From positions 116,934,001-116,998,000 of the forward strand of contig NC_086097.1 of NCBI RefSeq assembly GCF_963921235.1: a DNA stretch of 64,000 bases, read 5' to 3'. The notes under the pieces were generated by a model, which was not told where the DNA came from, searched no databases, and was given only the letters and a program-made list of their open reading frames with translations. The stretch's first letter is position 1. Every line of letters starts with the position of its first letter. Of the stretch, positions 49,031 through 62,190 are shown piece after piece. Made by a program: the position numbers and the translations under genes. The stretch is from Mobula hypostoma (taxonomy: Eukaryota).

Positions 49031-50159
49031 AAGAATAAATGAATCCAAATGATATTGCATTGCTTTCGTTATAGGAGTGACAGCTCAGGTGTACTGTGGA
49101 TTCTGCAGGTGCACAGAGATGCATTTGCCCACTGCCTCTTTCTCCAGAATCAGAATTAACACTGATATATTTGTGAAATTTATTGTTTTGGGAGAGCAGT
49201 ACAGTGCAATACATTTTTAAAAATCTATAAATTACAATAAGAAGTATAAAAAAAAAAGTAATGAAAAAAGAGAGTTGGTCTGCACTTTACCTGTACTCCC
49301 CTTAACTTCTTCCCCCTCAAACCTCCCTACACCCCCATTCCTGACTCCTACCCACCCTCCCTCAGGATTCACCCCCACTTCCAATACTTAAATGCTCCTC
49401 TGTCTCTGATGCAAGGGAACACCTGCAAGATAACCAGCTATTTTTCAACCAACAATCAAGAATAACAGCTGCCGAGCATCCACACCATAATGAGGACTGG
49501 GGAAGAGATTAGGTTTTACACCAGAAATGGTTCAATATAACTGACCAGTAGAATCAGAAAATAATTAACCCAAAGCACAAAGTGTTCAGGATTGGAAAGT
49601 TCAACAAGCAACAAAGAACAAAGTTCAGAACAAGAAGGATGGGTCCAGCAGGAAGCCTGTGACCTAAGGATGTGGGGGTACATGACACAGAACATGCATA
49701 AACTTCCCTATAAACTTAACCAACGCAGCTTTTTGAAAATGAAGAATTCTGCGGCATGCTGAGAATTAAGGGTTGAATTAGAAGTCCAGAGGTCAAGGCC
49801 CATTGGCCAGAGCCTGAGCCTACGAGTATCTGCAAGTCCACTGGGGAAATCGAGGCTCAATGTCTGCAAATCCGAGGCCAAGTCTGCCGGAGGCTGAAGA
49901 CTGCCTGGCCTGGGGTTAGAGGACTGTGAATGTGCATGGGTAGGAGGGAGGAATGGGAGTTATTTTGCTGTTGTTGGTTTTTTTGTGTTCTGTGTTGTTC
50001 TTACAACTACTTTGTACATGTTACGTTGGCAATAGAAACTGTGGCAACACTTTCGGGCAGCCGCTAGCATGCCCTTGGGTTTGTGATTGATAACTCAAAC
50101 AACACAACTCACTATATGTTTAGATGGACATGTAAAAATTAAATTTGAATTTTGAATCT

Positions 50160-51860
50160 TCTCCATTTGCAGCCCAAATACGAAGGCATGGCCTCGCAGA
50201 CAGCTCAATATGTGTGTCATTTATCAAGGAGAAAGAAGAAGTCATCACCCATTGGAAGGAACATTTTTGTGATGTCCTGAGAGACAAATCTATTCTTGAT
50301 GCGAACAGCATAGTTGCCCGTGGGGTCCACCCTTGTCACCGGCCCAACTGATAAAGAAACTAACCTAAACACAACATCATCTTTGGAGATTGATGACATC
50401 TGTGCTGAAGATATGAAACATGGTGGTGAGGATTTTTGCCAGTAATTCACAACATCTTCTCCTAAGTCTGGGAAGAGGAAGATATGCTAGGGGACTTCTG
50501 AGATGTGATAATCTCAGCCAGCTGCCAAAGAGGAGACAAGCCTGGCACTGGCACTCATGGGGAGGGAGATCGCCTTGCTTTCCTGTCCGACACGGGGCAA
50601 GTCTTACCTCAACCAGGGACTTGGGACTGGCTCAACTGCCACCCTCAAGTAGTTAAAGTACTTCTCAGCAAATCAGAGCACAGATTCTGCCCAGATAAGG
50701 CACAATGGACTCTGTATGCCAATCCTAAGAAAATTGCAGGAAGAGCATTAAGCACTACATATGACTTTCATGATGTCACAAGCACATTTTACGTCAATCT
50801 AGAGGCATTGTGGAGAAATTCATCTCCTCCTTAAATTCTCTCTATGATGTTATCCAAGCCATCATCACAACCTTAAGGTCCACAAAGTGATACGGTGTCT
50901 AGCGAGGCTTATGAAAAATGGAAAACTTTCCAAAGTGTATGACATCCACTGTGGAATCAATATCACCCTGACCTTAGCGGTTAAGTTGTTATAGAATATG
51001 ACACTAGAGAATGAGTGCATTTGGAGACCAAATTCCAAGTCACTATCTACTTATTCATTGAGTTATACTCAACAGCAGCAAATCAATCACCCTGTACTAA
51101 ACCAGTCCAACTGTTCATCACTGACCTCAGACAATAAAAATCCACAATGAGTCCATGGAAGAAGTGGACCACCTCACAGACTTCAGGTGCCACCAATCAG
51201 AAAAGACAGGCATTGATGATGAAATACACCATTGCCTTCATTGAATCTCTACAATTATCTGAGGTAAAGAACGTTTGAAGTGCCAGACACTGACACAACA
51301 TAATTGTCTATCTAGAAGCAATAATTCCTACTCTTTGACATTCTTCTGAGATTTGGACTTCCTTGACCAGGCACCTCAAGACAAAGGAAGGATATAACCA
51401 TATGCTGATATGGTCCTGATGACAGATCTTATGAAGTAGTCCATGAAGAAGTCATGAAGTCCTGACGAAGAAATGTCTACAGTTTATTCCTCTCTGCTGA
51501 TGCTGCCTGATTTGCAGAGTTTGTCCAGCTTTTTGTGTGTGTTGCTCTGGATTTCCAGCATCTGCAGAATCTTCTGTGTTTAGAATGTAACCACAGTTTT
51601 CTATGAAAAAAATCTTCCAAAGTCACTAACTGGATTAGTGAGCCAATGTCATGGCCCTGTTCCAGGCTGACATCTATAATACTGAGGCCCCAATTTCACT
51701 GTTAACTTCCTGAGGCAGGCAAGATCAACTGCATAGCCAGAATAAAAAGTCTATTCAGAGCTCTGACATACCCAGAGATCAGAATGTGGACAACAGAAAA
51801 TGCTCAACAATATTCTCAAAGGCTCCTTGAAAAAAGTGCAACACCGCTGTTAACTCCTGG
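50160..51860 (+). mobile_element. Heavily decayed RTE-type LINE
   Basis: Remnants EVITHWKEHF.DVL, DI.AE..KHGG, WEEE...GDF.D and KRGDK resemble the RTE RT N-terminus. A Penelope-like tail is inserted at ~51455-51580. Confidence 0.6.
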
Positions 51861-52199
51861 AAAGAGAAAGAGATTCATCGGCCAATTAAATTAAACTATA
51901 GTTATGAATGATATGCAATGTCATTCTGATTTATTTATTCACATACAGTACATCCTGCTGCTTACCCTGTGTTTTTTTTTAGTTTTCTTTGGCACTCTGT
52001 CTCCATCCCAAATACAACTAGTGCTGCCAGGTTTTTGGATGGTTGCTCTCTTTTGTTGATAGTAACTACCTTAGAAGGTTAGCATCCAACTGTGGTCTCC
52101 GGCCATGAATGGTTGCTGTCTAGAACATCTGCCTCAGGGGCAGGGGTGAGGGTATTGCCTGTGAACCACGGTTAGGAGGAGTACTACTGATATGATGAG

Positions 52200-54015
52200 G
52201 GAGCCCTCTTACTCAATGTCAGCAAGACCTAGGAGCTGATTACTGACTTCAGGAGGAGAAAACCAGAGACTCATGAGCCATTCCTCATCAGGGATCAGAT
52301 GGAGAGGGTCAACAGCTTTAAGTTCCTCGGTGTTAGCAATTCAGAGGATCTGCACTGGGCCCTATATATAAGTGCAATTATGAAGAAAGCACAGCAGAGC
52401 CTTTACTTCCTTGGAAGTTTGCAAAGATTTCTGCATGAGATCTAAAACTTTGACAAACTTCCATTGATGTGCGGTGGAAAGTTGTATCACAGCCTGGTAG
52501 GAAAACACCAATCCCTTGAACCGAAAATCCTACAAAAAGTATTGGATATGGCTCAGTCCATAAAGGGTAAAGCCCTCCAAATCATTGAGCACATGAACAG
52601 AGAATGCTGTCACAGGAAAGTAGTATCCATCATCAAGGACTCCCACCACCCAGCTCTCTCTCATTGCTGTGATCAGGAAGAAGATACAGGAGCCTTAGCA
52701 TCCACACCACCAGGATTGGGAACAGTTAATACCCCTCAACCATTAGGCCCTTGAACTAGTGGGGATAATTTCATTCAACTTTACTTGTCCCATCACTGAA
52801 CTGTTCCTACAACCCATGAACTAATTTTCAAGGTCTCTTCATCTCATGTTCTCAAACGAAGGAATTGGTTGTTGACTTCAGAAGGAGTAGCGGACCACAC
52901 GACCCAATTTACATCGGTGGTGCGCAAGTGGAACAGGTCAAAAGCTTTAAGTTCCTCGGGGTCATTATCACAAATGAGCTGACTTGGTCCAACCAAGCAG
53001 AGTTCACTGCCAAGAAGGCCCACAAGTGCCTTTACTTCCTGAGAAAACTAAAGAAATTTGGCCTGTCCCCTAAAACCCTCACTAATTTTTATAGATGCAC
53101 CGTAGAAAGCATTCTTCTAGGGTGCATCACCACCTGGTATGGAAGTTGTCCTGTCCAAGACCGAAAGAAGCTGCAGAAGATTGTGAACACAAGGCAGCAC
53201 ATCACACAAACCAATCTTCCATCCTTGGACTCACTTTACACCGCATGCTGTCGGAGCAGTGCTGCCAGGATAATCAAGGACAAGACCCACCCAGCCAACA
53301 CACTTTTTGTCCCTCTTTCCTCCAGGAGAAAGCTCAGGAGCTTGAAGACTCGTATGGCCAGATTTGGGAACAGCTTCTTTCCAACTGTGATAAGACTGCT
53401 GAACGGATCCTGACCCGGATCTGGGCCGTACCCTCCAAATACCCGGACCTGCCTCTTGTTTTTTTTTGCATACCTTACTTTCCATTTTTCTATTTTCTAT
53501 TTATGATTTATAATTTATTTTTTTAATATTTACTAATTTTTACTATTTTTAATATTTTATATTTGTAATCCAGGGAACGGGAAGTGCAGAATCAAATATC
53601 GCTGTGATGATTGTACGTTCTAGTATCAATTGTTTGGCGACAATAAAGTATAAAGTATATTTATTGCTTATTTGTTGATAATTATTTCTTTTGTATTTCC
53701 ATTTTGTTGTCCCTTGTACATTGGGTGTTTGGCTGTCCTGTTGTCAAGTCAAGTCACTTTTTATTGCCATTTCGACCATAACTGCTGGTACAGTACACAG
53801 TAAAAATGAGACAACATTTTTCAGGACCATGGTGCTATATGAAACAATACAAAAACTACACTGAACTACGTAAAAACAACACAAAAACTACACTAGACTT
53901 TCATTGATTCTATTACGTTTCTTGGATTGTCTGAGTATGCCCACAGAAAATAAATCTCAGGGTTGTATAGGGTGACATATATGCACTTTGATAATAAATT
54001 TACTTTGAACTTTGA
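52200..54015 (+). mobile_element. Older Rex1/Babar-like LINE 3' region
   Basis: LLLNVSKT.ELITDFRR and FKFLGV motifs, with tail gataataaatttactttgaactttga. Confidence 0.75.
52855..53659 (+). mobile_element. Young 5'-truncated Rex1/Babar-like LINE
   Basis: Open frame ELVVDFRR..FKFLGV..LYFLRKLKKF..FYRCTVESIL..WYG..FFPTVIRLLN, with tail caataaagtataaagtata. Confidence 0.88.
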
Positions 54016-54869
54016 AATTTGAGGACAGTGGCTTCATGCTATATAATGCCATTCCACTAGGTTCCAATTACTAGACCCATGCAGGTGATGTTAAAACAAT
54101 TGACTCATGCCATTGCCAATGCTGAAGTAACCCTTTCTCCTGTATAATTTTGATGAGAAGTTCTGTCACAGAACTTGACCATTTTCTGAACTGCCATATA
54201 TATTTGTAACTTGATTCTTTTCTGGAATGAATACAATAATGTGGTTATCGATCTGGATCCCACAGCTCAAATAAAACTTCCATTAGAGATATAGTGTTTT
54301 CAAGTTGCCATTGCAGACATTAACCATCTGATTGGATTGACCTAATGAGACACGAAGATGTGAGTTGCTTCCTCCTTATCTCCAAGAAGCAGAAATATAA
54401 AAAGTCAATATTTTGCAAAGCATCAGCCTTCATAGGGGCTGCCTGGCCTGCTGAGTTCCCACAGCATTTTGTGTGTGTTGCTCTAAATTTCTAGCATCTG
54501 CACAATCTTTTGTGAATATGATCCATGAGCTGCTGCAGCTTGAAATTATCAAGGCTAGCTGCCATAGTGTCACAGCAGTGTGCATTATGTCCAGGATGGA
54601 AAGGAAGTTCTGCTGGCTCCCAAGCTCTCATGTCCGTGGCTGCAGATGGATTCCATGCTTCTTTTCATATGTTGAAAATTCATACACAGCATGCAGTTAT
54701 TATAAATCTGCTGCATCCTTGCTTTAAGTGCTCCTACATAAGGTGTTCCCAACCTTTTTCATTGCATGGACCCCTACCATTAACTGAGGGATTCATGGAT
54801 TCATCCAAAGTTCAAAGTAGAGTTATTATCAAAGTACATATATGTTACCATATACTACATTGAAATGTG

Positions 54870-55372
54870 GATGATAGGACGATAGGTGGAGGGGTAGGTA
54901 GTGCTGAGGAAGCAATGTGATTGCAGCAGGACTTAGACAAATTGGAAGAATGGGCAAAAAAGTGGCAGATGGAATACAGTTTTGTGAAATGTATGATAAT
55001 ACATTTTTGTAAAAGGAACAATGGTGCGGGCTATTATCTGAATGGAGAGGAGGGTCAAACATCAGAGGGCAGAGGGACTTAGTAGTCCTTGTGCAAGACT
55101 CCCAGAAGGTTAATTTATAGGTTGAGCCTGTGCTAAAGAAGGTAAATGCAATGTTGGCATTTATTTCAAGGGGAATAGAATATAAAAGCAAGGAGATAAT
55201 TCTGAGTCTTTATAAGGCACTAGTCAGACTGCATTTGGAGTATTGTCAACAGTTTTGAGTCCCATATCTTAGAAAACAAGTGTTATCATTGGAGAGAGTC
55301 AAGAGGAGGTTCATGAGGATGATTCCGGGAATGAAGGGATTAACATATGAGGAGTGTTTGGCAGCTTTGGAA
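54870..55372 (+). mobile_element. CR1 RT 3' fragment
   Basis: LQQDLDKLEEWAKKWQMEY and LYKALVRLHLEYC motifs. Confidence 0.85.
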
Positions 55373-56030
55373 GAATTAGATTATGAGGACACTCAGTCCT
55401 CCTTTATTGTCATTTAGAAATGCATGCATTAAAAATGATACAACGTTCCTCCAGAATGATATCACAAGAAAACACAAGACAAACCAAGACTAAAACTGAC
55501 AAAACCACATAATTATAACATATTGTTACAACAGTGCAAAGCAATACGATAATTTGATAAAGAGCAGACCATGGGCACGGTAAAAGAAAAGTATCAAATT
55601 CCTGATAAGACTCATCATCTTACGCAGGCAGCAGAAGGGAGGAACTCTCCCTGACATGAACCTCCAAGCGCCGCCAACTTGCCGATGCAGCACCATTGGA
55701 AGCACCCGACGAAAACTTCGAGCGTCTGACCAGCCCCTCTGACACAGTCTCTCCGAACACAATCGTCTGCCGAGCGCTTCGACCCTGCCCCAGCTGCCGA
55801 GCAACAAGCAAAGCCGAGGACTCGGGGCCTTCTCCTCCAGAGATTCTGGACCACACAGTAGCAGCAGAAGCAAAGCAGGCATTTCAGAAGTTTCACCAGG
55901 TGTTCCTTTGTGCTCTCACATCCATCTCCATCAAATCAGGATTGTGCATGGCACCCTACTTGACAAATAACAGACATCACCACCAGAGTGGCTGCCGCGA
56001 GCTGCGTCGCGCCGCCATCTTCTCCTCCTA
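55373..56030 (-). mobile_element. Non-autonomous LINE-derived element, CpG-rich
   Basis: Minus strand starts GGAGGAGAAGATGGCGGCGCG and ends AATAAA..ataatctaa. A second copy begins at ~63818. Confidence 0.7.
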
Positions 56031-56194
56031 CTAATAATCACTGATTATTGTTGGACACTTAAGTGAGAAGCCCCAGACACTGAGTACACTGAGTACAAAC
56101 AAAATTACTCAATTATCAGTTTTCTTGGAAATTAAGCACAGTGTAAGATAAAATGAAACAAGAGTAAAATAAAGTGCTTGTCATCATGTGCAAA

Positions 56195-56429
56195 TGTGCT
56201 ACTAAAAAAACACATGGAGACAGAGAGAACTGAACTCAGGATGCCTTTACTTATTCAAAATCGCACGTTTAAATCTCCCCTCCCATGGGCCCCTGCGACC
56301 CGCGGGACGGACGTGACGTCAGACTGTCCCCGGAAGGTCCGCACCGAGCGGGTAGTTCCAAACGCGCTACCGTGTGTCCGCCCACGGCTCCCGACGGCGG
56401 TTCAAGTCCCACGTGTGCGGGCCGCCACA
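56195..56429 (-). mobile_element. Candidate short solo LTR, CpG-rich
   Basis: Minus strand starts TGTGGCGG and contains a TTTAAA box and AGTAAA. No TSD found. Confidence 0.4.
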
Positions 56430-56812
56430 TGCTGATGAAAGGCCATTGACCTGAAACAATGAAGCTGTTACTTTCTCCATTATTACTAACTCACCAGCTA
56501 AACTTTCTCCTGCATTTGCTGTTTCTATTCATAATAAATACAGTGATGATCTGGGAATAGAAATAATGATTCTGCCAACTGTTCATGTTTTCCTAACAAA
56601 TTAAAACACCATTAGCCGATGATAACCTAACCTACAGACATGGATGTTATTCAGGAGATATGGTTCTCAGAGGGAATAAAGTACTTGGTATTTCAAACCT
56701 GATAGGTTTTTCACAGATTCCAGGGCTGATGAAAGTTCTAAAGCCCACCTCCTGTACAAGGCAGGGAGTTCCAGACACGATTTCTGATCAAATACAGAAG
56801 ACAATTAAACAA

Positions 56813-59154
56813 AGCTACACACACAAAATGCTGGAGGATCTCAGCAGGCCAGGCAGCATCTATGGAAAAGAGTACAGTCGACGTTTCAGGCTGAGAGCCT
56901 TCGGCAGGGCTAAAGAAAGAAAAGATGCGGAGTCAGATTAGACTGTGGGGGAGGGGAGGGAGAAACACAAGGTGATAGATGAAACTGGGAGGGGGACGGG
57001 TGAAGTAAAGAGTTGGGAAGTTGATTGGTGAAAAAGATATAGGACTGGATTAGGGAGAATCTGACAGGAGAGGCCATGGAAGAAGGAAGAAGGGGAGAAG
57101 CACCAGAGGGAGGCGATGGGCAGACAAGGAGATCTGGTGAGAAAGGGAAAAGGAGATGTGGAATAGAGAAGGGTGGGGTGGGGGCATTTCCAGAAGTCCA
57201 AGAGATTCCTTCATGCCATCAGTCTGGAGGTTACCCTGATGGAATATAAGGTGTCGTTCCTCCAACATGAGTGAGGTCTCATCGTGACAGCACAGGAGGA
57301 CATGGGCTGACATCTCAGAATGGGAATGGGAAGTGGAATTAAAATGGGTGGCCACTGGGACATCCCACTTTTTCTGGCGGATGGAGTGTAGGTGCTATGT
57401 GAAGCGGTCTCCTAATCTACTTCGGGTTTCACTGATAGATAGGAGGCCACACTGGGAGCACCGGAGACAGTCAATGGCCCCAACAGACTCACAGGTGAAG
57501 TGCCGCCTCATCTGGTAGCGAGAAAGGAGGTGTAGGGGCAGGTGTAAAACTTGTTCCGCTTGCAAGAATAAGTGCCAGGAGGGAGATCAGTGGGGAGGGA
57601 CAAATGGACAAGGGAGTTGCGTTGGGAGAGATCTTTGTGGAAATTAGAAAGTGGGGGGAAGGGAAGATGTGTTTGGTGGTGGGATCCCATTGGAGATGGC
57701 GGAAGTTACGTAGAATTATGTGCTGGATGCGAAGGCTGGTGGGGTGGTAGGTGAGGACAAGAGTGACCTTATCCTTGGTGGGGTGGCGGGACGATGGGGT
57801 GAGAGCAGACATGCGTGAAGTGGAAGAGATGCAGTTGAGGGCAGCATTGATGGTGGAAGAAGGGAAGTCCCTTTCTTTGAAAAAGGAGAACATCTCCTTC
57901 ATTCTGGAATGAAAAGCCTCATCCTGCAGACACAAAGGAGACAGAGGAATTGAGAGAAGGGGATGGCATTTTTACAGGTAACAGGGTGGGAGGAGGAATA
58001 GTTCAGGTAGCTGTCAGAGTCTGTGGGTTTATAATAGACATTATTGGATAAGCTGTCTGCAGAGGTAGAGACAGAGAGATCAAGACAGGGGAAGGAGATG
58101 TCAGAAATGGGCCAGGTGAATTTGAGGGCTGGGTGGAAGTTGGAGGCAAAGTGGATGAAGTCGACGAGCTCGGCATAGGTGCAGGAAGCAGCTCCAATGC
58201 ATTTGTCAATGCAGCATAGGAAGAGTAGGGGAGTGACACCACTGTAGGCTTGGAACATAGACTGTTCCACATAGCCGACAAAAAGGCTAGTATAGCTGGG
58301 ACCCATGTCAATAACCATGGTTACACCTTTTGTTTGAAGGAAATGGAAGGAGCCCCTTACCCTTGCCCCTACACCTTCTCCCTCACTACCATTCAGGGCC
58401 TCAAACAGTCCTTCCAGGTGAGGCAACACTTTACCTGTCAGTCTGTTGGGGTCACCTATTGTATCCTGTGCTCCCAGTGTGGCCTTTTGTATATTGGTGA
58501 TACCCAGCTTAGATTGGGAGACTGATTCCCTGAGCACCTGTGCGCCGTCTGCCAGAAAAAGCAGAATCTCCCAGTGGCCATTCATTTTAATTCCACTTCC
58601 CACTCCATTCTGTCATGTCTATCCAACGCCTCCTCTACTGTCCTGATAAGGCCACGCTTAGGTTGGAGGAGCAACACCTTATATTCCATCTGGGAAGCTT
58701 CCAGCCTGAGGGCAAGAACACAGGCTTCTCGAACTTCGTGTAATGGCCCCCCTCCTTTTCTATTGCCCATCCCCTTTTCCCCTCTCTCACCTTATCTCCT
58801 TGCCTGTCCATTGCCTTCTCCTTTTTCATCCTTCATCCTTCCATGCCCTTCTGTCCTCTCCTATCAGACTCCCTCTTCTCCAGCCCTGTATCTCTTTTAC
58901 CAATCAACTTTCCAGGTCTTTAATCCACCCCTCCCCCTCCTGGTTTCACCTCTCACCTTGCGTTTCTCCCTCCCCTTCCCCCTCCCACCTTCTAACTCTG
59001 ACTTTTCAACTATTTTTCTCCAGTCCTGCTGAAGGATCTCGACCCGAAGCATCAACTCTACTCTTTTCCATAGATGCTGCCTGGCCTGCTGAGTTCCTGC
59101 AGCATTTTGTGTGTGTTGCTTGGATTTCCAGCATCTGCAGATTTTCTCTTGTTT
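56813..59154. mobile_element. Penelope-like element with inverted (head-to-head) structure
   Basis: Minus-strand copy 56813 to ~58331 joined to plus-strand copy ~58332-59154, with both 3' tails pointing outward. Exact 12-bp TSD ACAATTAAACAA (56801-56812 and 59155-59166). Confidence 0.9.
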
Positions 59155-59389
59155 ACAATTAAACAATGATTCTTTTAGGTCCTTTGCTTTCTTGGTATTT
59201 TCATCCGAGGTGTTCAAAAATACTTTTATTTTTAAGAATCCTAAATATCAGGCAAAATCGTGACTTTTTTCTATGCTTCTGTTTTCTGCTTCTGGCGGTG
59301 CAGAACTTGGCTAAATCTAGGATTGACCAGAACCTGGAAAGACAAGTTCCAGTTAGGAGGAGTCAGCATGATTGTGTGGGTATGGGGGG

Positions 59390-60815
59390 TCGTGTTTGAC
59401 AATCTTTTCGTTTTTTTGAAGAGGTAACAAAAAAAAGGTAGGTGAGGGTAGAGCTGTGTGCATTTTCTATTGGGACTGTAGTAAAGCTTTCAACAAGGTG
59501 GGCTGGTCTGGAAGATAAGGCCCTGTTGAATCCAGGGAGAGCTACTGAAGTGGATGCTGCGTATTTGTTCTTACAGAAGAACTGAAGCTCCAGGACAACA
59601 TCCTGTGCACCATCAACCTTCAGGCCACACCACTCAGCTACCTGTACTGATATTCTATGTGTGACTGTGTGCCGTCTGTGACCGTAAGTACTGTGTTTGC
59701 ACAGTTGCCCCGAGGAATGCTGTTTCGTTTAGCTGTATACGTGCCTATAGTTGAATGCCAATTGAACTTGAACTTGAAAATTTGCTCCGAAGGTAAGAAG
59801 CAGAGGGTTGTGGCTGAAGTTGCTTTTTAGGATAAAGCCCTGTGACTAATGTTGTACCAATGGAGTAAGTAATGGATCTTCTTGATATTTGGTATTTATG
59901 TATGTGATTTAGATGTGAATGCACAAGGCTTGATCAGTAACTTTGCAGCTGACATGAAACTAGAAGGTATTGTTGATAGAGAAGCAGGTTCTTGTAGATT
60001 ACAGGGAAAATGTTTAGTTAGTGAAGTGGGCTAAGGGGTGGCAAATGGAATTCAATACAGAGAAACGTGTGCAGATGCAATTTGGAAAGACAAACCAGCT
60101 TAAGACATACTGGGAATAGTAGGGAACTGGGAAGTGTCAGAGTACAGAGGGACAAGTGCATAGTTCATTGAAAGTAATGTCATGAGAAGAGCATGGTGAA
60201 AAAGGTGTTCAGCACACTTGCCTTGATCAGTCAGGGTGCTGAGTAGAGAAGTTGAGATATTATGTTGTCTAACTTCGTTGGTGAGTCTGCACTTGGGGTA
60301 CTCTGCACAGCTAGATCACAGTTGGAGGAAAGACATGGTTAAAATGGAAAGAGTGCTGAAAAGACTTATGTGGACATTGCCAGGACAAGATAGTCTGAAT
60401 TAAAAGAAGACATTGGCCGAACTAGGTCTTTATTCCTTGGAACATAGGAGACTGAGGGGCAATCATATAGAAATGTTTGAAATTATGAGAGACATTGATA
60501 GGGTGGATACTAATAGTCTTGTCCCCAAGGTAGGCAAGACCGAAACAATGGGCGTATGTTTAGGGTGAGGGGGAAAGGTTACATAGGGACCTGAGGGGCA
60601 ACCTTTTCATGCAACGAATGACACGTAGAAAGAATGAGATACTAGAGGAAGTGGTTGAATGAGGTACAATTGTACCATTTGAGAAACTCTTGGATAGGTA
60701 CATGGAGGGGTGGTGCATAGAGAGATATGGGCTGAAAGTGGTATTAATTGGGTTGGGCACACATGGACTGCATAGACTGAAGGGCTTGTATCCATAATGT
60801 GTTGCTCTGTAACTG
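59390..60815 (+). mobile_element. Decayed CR1 RT and 3' end
   Basis: FFEEVT, SKAFNKV, FAADMKL and WQMEFN remnants. Confidence 0.75.
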
Positions 60816-61014
60816 CAAAAATAACTCCGACTCTGAAAAAATGTTACAAATGGAAAAGCAAAGATTTATTTCAACTAAAACTTTCAACACAAATTATGCT
60901 TTTCATTTTCTACTTTGTTTTACCACCTTGATCATTGGAATCCCGTTGGAGGTTAATAAGAGCATCAGAATACTTTGCGCAATCAAGTGGGGATGAATTT
61001 CAAGACAAATTAAA

Positions 61015-61200
61015 TCTTACAGATGTTGGAAATCTTGAGCAACAAACACAGAAAATGCGGGAGGAACTCAGGTCAGGCAGCATCTACTAAGCGATATAAT
61101 CATGTCCTAATGAAAGGCCTTGGCCTAAAACATCGAATGTTTATTTCCTTGCATGAAAGCTGCCTGATCTGCTGAGATCCTCCAGCATTTTATGTGTATC
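61015..61200. mobile_element. Fold-back miniature element with hammerhead remnant in the loop
   Basis: Arms ggaggaactcaggtcaggcagc and gctgcctgatctgctgagatcctcc. Loop contains gtcctaatgaaaggccttggcctaaaac. Confidence 0.75.
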
Positions 61201-61486
61201 AGTCAAAATTTCCAGACAATACTGTGGGCCATGTGCATGGATTGCCACACGATGGCAGCAGATATCATCTTAACAATGGAGAGAGAAAGGGACAGATGAG
61301 AAAACCAGCCTTGATAAACTGCATTTTCACAACAGGGTAGGACACAGTGACATTATCCAGGAAATGTAAAAGATTCATTGATTGGCATAATCAGTATTTC
61401 AGTATTAAAAAGTTGATCTATATATGAAAAAGCAGTAACCACTGAATCTGGATATTGGAAATAAAAACAGAAATAGCTGCATAGTA

Positions 61487-62190
61487 AACACAAGTGATTC
61501 TGTAGATGTTGGAAAGCCAGAACAACACACACAAAATGCTGGAGGAACTCAGCAAGTCAGGCAGCATCTATAGAGAGGAATAAAGAGTCAACATTTCCGG
61601 CCGTAACCCTTTATCAGGACTGGAAAGAAAGCGGTAAGAAGTCAGGTTAAAAACACTGGAGGAACTCAGCAGGCCAGGCAGTATCTATGGAAAAGAGTAG
61701 ACAGTCGACCCTTCAGTGGGACTGGAGAAAAAAAGACAAGGAGTCAGAGTTAGAAGCTTGGGAGGGAGAAACACAAGGTGATAGTTGAAACCAAGAGGGG
61801 GAAGGGTGAAGTAAATAGCTGAGAAGTTGATTGGTGAAGGAGATACAGGGCTGGAAATAGTGGATCTGAAAGGAGAGGACACAAGGCCGTGGAAGAAAGA
61901 AAAGTGGGAGGAGAACCAGAGGGAGGTGATGGGCAGGTAAGGAGATAAGGTGAGAGAGGGAAAAGGGGATGGGGAATGGTGAGGGAGGGGGGAAGCACTA
62001 TCAGAAGTTCAAGAAATTGATGTTCATGTCATCAGGTTGGAGGCTACCCAGATGGCATATAAGGTGTTGCTCCTCCAATCATCGCGACAGTAGAGGAGGC
62101 CATGGATTGACATGTCGGAATGGGAATAGGAAGTGGAATTATCACCCGAAACATCAGCTGTTTACTCAGTTCCTGGCCTGCTGAGTTCCA
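61487..62190 (-). mobile_element. Penelope-like 3' fragment with tandem tails
   Basis: Two successive tail units (~61530-61625 and ~61655-61725), each with a hammerhead remnant. Confidence 0.8.

Noticed and set aside
52865..53413. Host gene with a DUF1891/ALKBH8-like domain
   Set aside because: It is the C-terminal region of a Rex1/Babar-like LINE with a retroposon tail and decayed paralogues in the window.
57899..58603. 234-aa ORF as a novel fusion protein
   Set aside because: It crosses the inversion junction, joining antisense sequence to a decayed RT segment (YIDD mutated to CIDK).
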